Position numbers and translations under genes: made by a program
In this document: piece after piece, positions 61,544 to 64,000 of the stretch
Position numbering within the stretch: position 1 is the stretch's first letter
Layout of the letters: every line of letters starts with the position of its first letter
Notes under the pieces: generated by a model
The model's database searches: none
Told to the model about the DNA's origin: nothing
The model's input: only the letters and a program-made list of their open reading frames with translations
NCBI GenBank assembly: GCA_026023565.1
Contig: JAPETS010000004.1
Coordinates: 620,001-684,000, forward strand
Source of the DNA: Cirrosporium novae-zelandiae
Lineage: Eukaryota
Length of the DNA stretch: 64,000 bases
Direction of reading: 5' to 3'

Positions 61544-63490
61544 ATGGGCTCTCATCAGTCCTCTCAAATAATGAGTCATGACGGTGATGATCATTTCTTA
61601 CCCCCATCTAGCAATAACACGGAAAATCCACACAGAAAAATGAAAAAAATATGGAACACAAAACCACATTCTGACTCGGAAGAAGCTGATAAGGACAACG
61701 ATGGTTATTCCAACCTCAAAAATGATGACATGAAATTAAATAATAAGCACAAAGTGTGCTATAATCGCAAGAAACGCAAGAGATCACTCTCACATCCAAC
61801 CGTCAAGGAAGAGGGACTGTCTATGAACCTGGGAGAAGTACCTCAACAGAACGAGGATGAATCCGAAAGTGAAGCTGAAGAAGAAGATAACAAAAGATTG
61901 AAGGAAACCTCAGTTTCTGATAATAGTAGTGAGGACTCAGACACATCCCATCGTCCTTATGAAATAGTATATTCCTGTTTCAACCCAGACAAGAAGATCA
62001 AAAGATATTTAGATGATGTAGATGAAACCAGAACCCCAACACTTCCGCAGCTTGTCAAGCAAGAGAATGGTCCTAAAGCGGATGCACAGCCTACAACCAC
62101 CGACGAAGACCTCTCCTCAGTTTCACCTTCTGCACAAGCTCTTCCTTCATCACCTAGCCAAAGTAACGCGAGCGAAGACGATTCGGATACCCAATCTACA
62201 TCGACAAACAATACACCATCTAGCAGACCCTCTACTACTTTAAAGGTCAAACAAAAACCCCATTTACTTGACCGTTTGTCCTCCTCGATAGCCTCGACAA
62301 AGAGTAGTGGTAACAGAAAACCCACGACACCACGTTCTGCGCCAGCCCGTCGCAAAAGCTCTAATCTTCCACAACCAAATAGTGTCAATTTCAATAGATC
62401 TAGTGAAGCCAATGATAATGAAAAGAATAAGAAAGCAAGCCTAACAACAAAGTCTGCCCAAGTTTCCGACTGGAGCCAGTTGTCATCCGCTTTTAAGCAA
62501 GGCAGTGGCTCTTCAGTGGCGTCAGAAAATAGTACCCGAATAAAACGACGCAAGAACTACAACGTCGACGAAAATGTACAGAATGCAACAGGCGTCTTCA
62601 CCAACAGAGAAATCGAAAGTCTCGAGCAGTTTAGAAACCTATATTGTAACGTCAATGACCTTTCACATCAAGATTTCAACAACAAAGCACAAAAAACTGG
62701 TTCGGAGCGAAATGCCGACCGAGATGCTAAAGAAATCTGGAAAGGGTTCCATGAAGCCCTCCCGTACCGGGAACAGCATTCCTTGCGACGTTTCTGCCGC
62801 CGACACTTCGATAACCCGACAAAGTCCCGTAAATGGAGCAAGGAGGAAGACAAACAGCTTGTCCAACTTGTCGCAGAAAAGGGACGTCGGTGGACGGAGA
62901 TTGCAGCAGAACTTGATCGAAATCCCGAAGCCGTTTGGAATCGATATAAGGACTATCTAGCGCATGGTATATCTAGCAAGGGTCCTTGTCCTTGGACCGA
63001 AGAAGAAGCAAATAACCTAGAAATGTACATGATAGAGTGCCGACAACAGGTCCAAGAGAAGCAGGCGGGGAAACAAGGATCCATCGCCCGTGGCGGTCAA
63101 TCTTCTCAAGTTCGCCCTGGGATGAGTTACTGGCAGGCTGTCAGCCAGAAGATGAAGACGCGGAATCCTAAGCAATGCATGCTCAAATGGAAGCGAATCC
63201 AGGAGAAAAGGGAAAACGAGTCTGGATCTTCAAGAGGAGATTCAAAAACACCTCAGAGGTCGATCTCAAGCTCTCCTTTCAGCGTCGACTGGCGTCAAAC
63301 TAGGGCCTCACTAAATCGCAATTCTAGTCCTAGATCTAGCCTTGGGAAATTTAGTCCAGCTCCAAAAAGCCTCCAGGATATGTACTCGTCAGATGAGAAG
63401 GGAGAATCAGAAGACGAAATCGAAGATGATGATAGCAACGACGACGATGTTGTTCCAGAAAGTCGGCAAGGATCTGTCGAATTAAGTTAA
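61544..63490 (+). CDS. Myb/SANT-repeat DNA-binding protein (Reb1/TTF1-like)
   Basis: GVFTNREIESL, KWSKEEDKQLVQLV..WTEIA, PWTEEEANNL..WQAVSQKMKTRNPKQCMLKW; long low-complexity N-terminus. Confidence 0.85.
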   Translation: MGSHQSSQIMSHDGDDHFLPPSSNNTENPHRKMKKIWNTKPHSDSEEADKDNDGYSNLKNDDMKLNNKHKVCYNRKKRKRSLSHPTVKEEGLSMNLGEVPQQNEDESESEAEEEDNKRLKETSVSDNSSEDSDTSHRPYEIVYSCFNPDKKIKRYLDDVDETRTPTLPQLVKQENGPKADAQPTTTDEDLSSVSPSAQALPSSPSQSNASEDDSDTQSTSTNNTPSSRPSTTLKVKQKPHLLDRLSSSIASTKSSGNRKPTTPRSAPARRKSSNLPQPNSVNFNRSSEANDNEKNKKASLTTKSAQVSDWSQLSSAFKQGSGSSVASENSTRIKRRKNYNVDENVQNATGVFTNREIESLEQFRNLYCNVNDLSHQDFNNKAQKTGSERNADRDAKEIWKGFHEALPYREQHSLRRFCRRHFDNPTKSRKWSKEEDKQLVQLVAEKGRRWTEIAAELDRNPEAVWNRYKDYLAHGISSKGPCPWTEEEANNLEMYMIECRQQVQEKQAGKQGSIARGGQSSQVRPGMSYWQAVSQKMKTRNPKQCMLKWKRIQEKRENESGSSRGDSKTPQRSISSSPFSVDWRQTRASLNRNSSPRSSLGKFSPAPKSLQDMYSSDEKGESEDEIEDDDSNDDDVVPESRQGSVELS

Positions 63491-64000
63491 TTCGTTTTTT
63501 TTTTCTTATCTTAAATAGGGCTGTTAGTTGTGGCATTTTATGATTCAACGTTTTAGTAGCCACGGTGCTCGGGTGATTTAACAAACACGGTTAATCAATA
63601 TTTTACAGGGCAGGGAAAAAAGAGAAGCCAGATTATGCAAAATATACAATATCCACCCATCATCTATCTTCCTTTCTCTCTTATTTCTTATTTCTCATTA
63701 GCCTTCCAATATCTAAAGTTCACAACACTGGCCATTCATCAGCATCAGCCTCAGGATGCGACACCAATTCCTTCCGGGAGGCTTAAAAAACACAAAAAAA
63801 AAAGGTTCGATAAAAATAGAATAGCCCCCCCACCTGGTAGCCAGCCCTCTACTTAAAACCCATACACATAATACAAGCATTCCTTCCTCCCCTTCCTTCC
63901 TCCCTTCCTCCCTACCTAACCTAATTTCCGCCCTCCCCACCCCATCCAACTCACCCTATCTAACCCCCCGTCCCTGTAACCGTCCCCCCGTTCTCTCCAA

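Noticed and set aside
61957..62553. 198-aa antisense ORF inside the Myb gene, and similar antisense ORFs in other genes
   Set aside because: Shadow ORFs of real coding sequence.

Overview
Intron-rich genomic DNA from a filamentous ascomycete (Pezizomycotina-like GT-AG introns with CTAAC/CTAAT branch points), containing about 23 genes. Conserved genes: CYM1-like presequence protease, taxilin-like, HAD RNA-repair-like, RING, DUF167, Rpa14-like, neutral trehalase, GPI alpha-amylase and a Myb protein. An accessory block (~5.6-38 kb) holds a nitronate monooxygenase, MFS and NCS1 transporters, a secreted FAD oxidoreductase, an O-methyltransferase, two Pth11-like membrane proteins, an enoyl-reductase-like MDR, an intronless APH-like kinase beside a decayed DUF89 phosphatase, a Zn2Cys6 factor and a SnoaL-like protein. 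Mobile DNA: a RIP-inactivated full-length pogo/Fot1 element, a Tc1/mariner-type foldback MITE, a probable non-autonomous Helitron and two ~60-bp retroposon-like insertions with target-site duplications. Most notable: an intact, apparently spliced, solo copia-Gag-derived gene (candidate domesticated Gag); the ultra-short retroposon family; 4-7 nt micro-exons; the kinase/DUF89 pair; and a recurrent intergenic palindrome TACCTAGGTA. All family calls come from motif recognition by eye. No searches were run.
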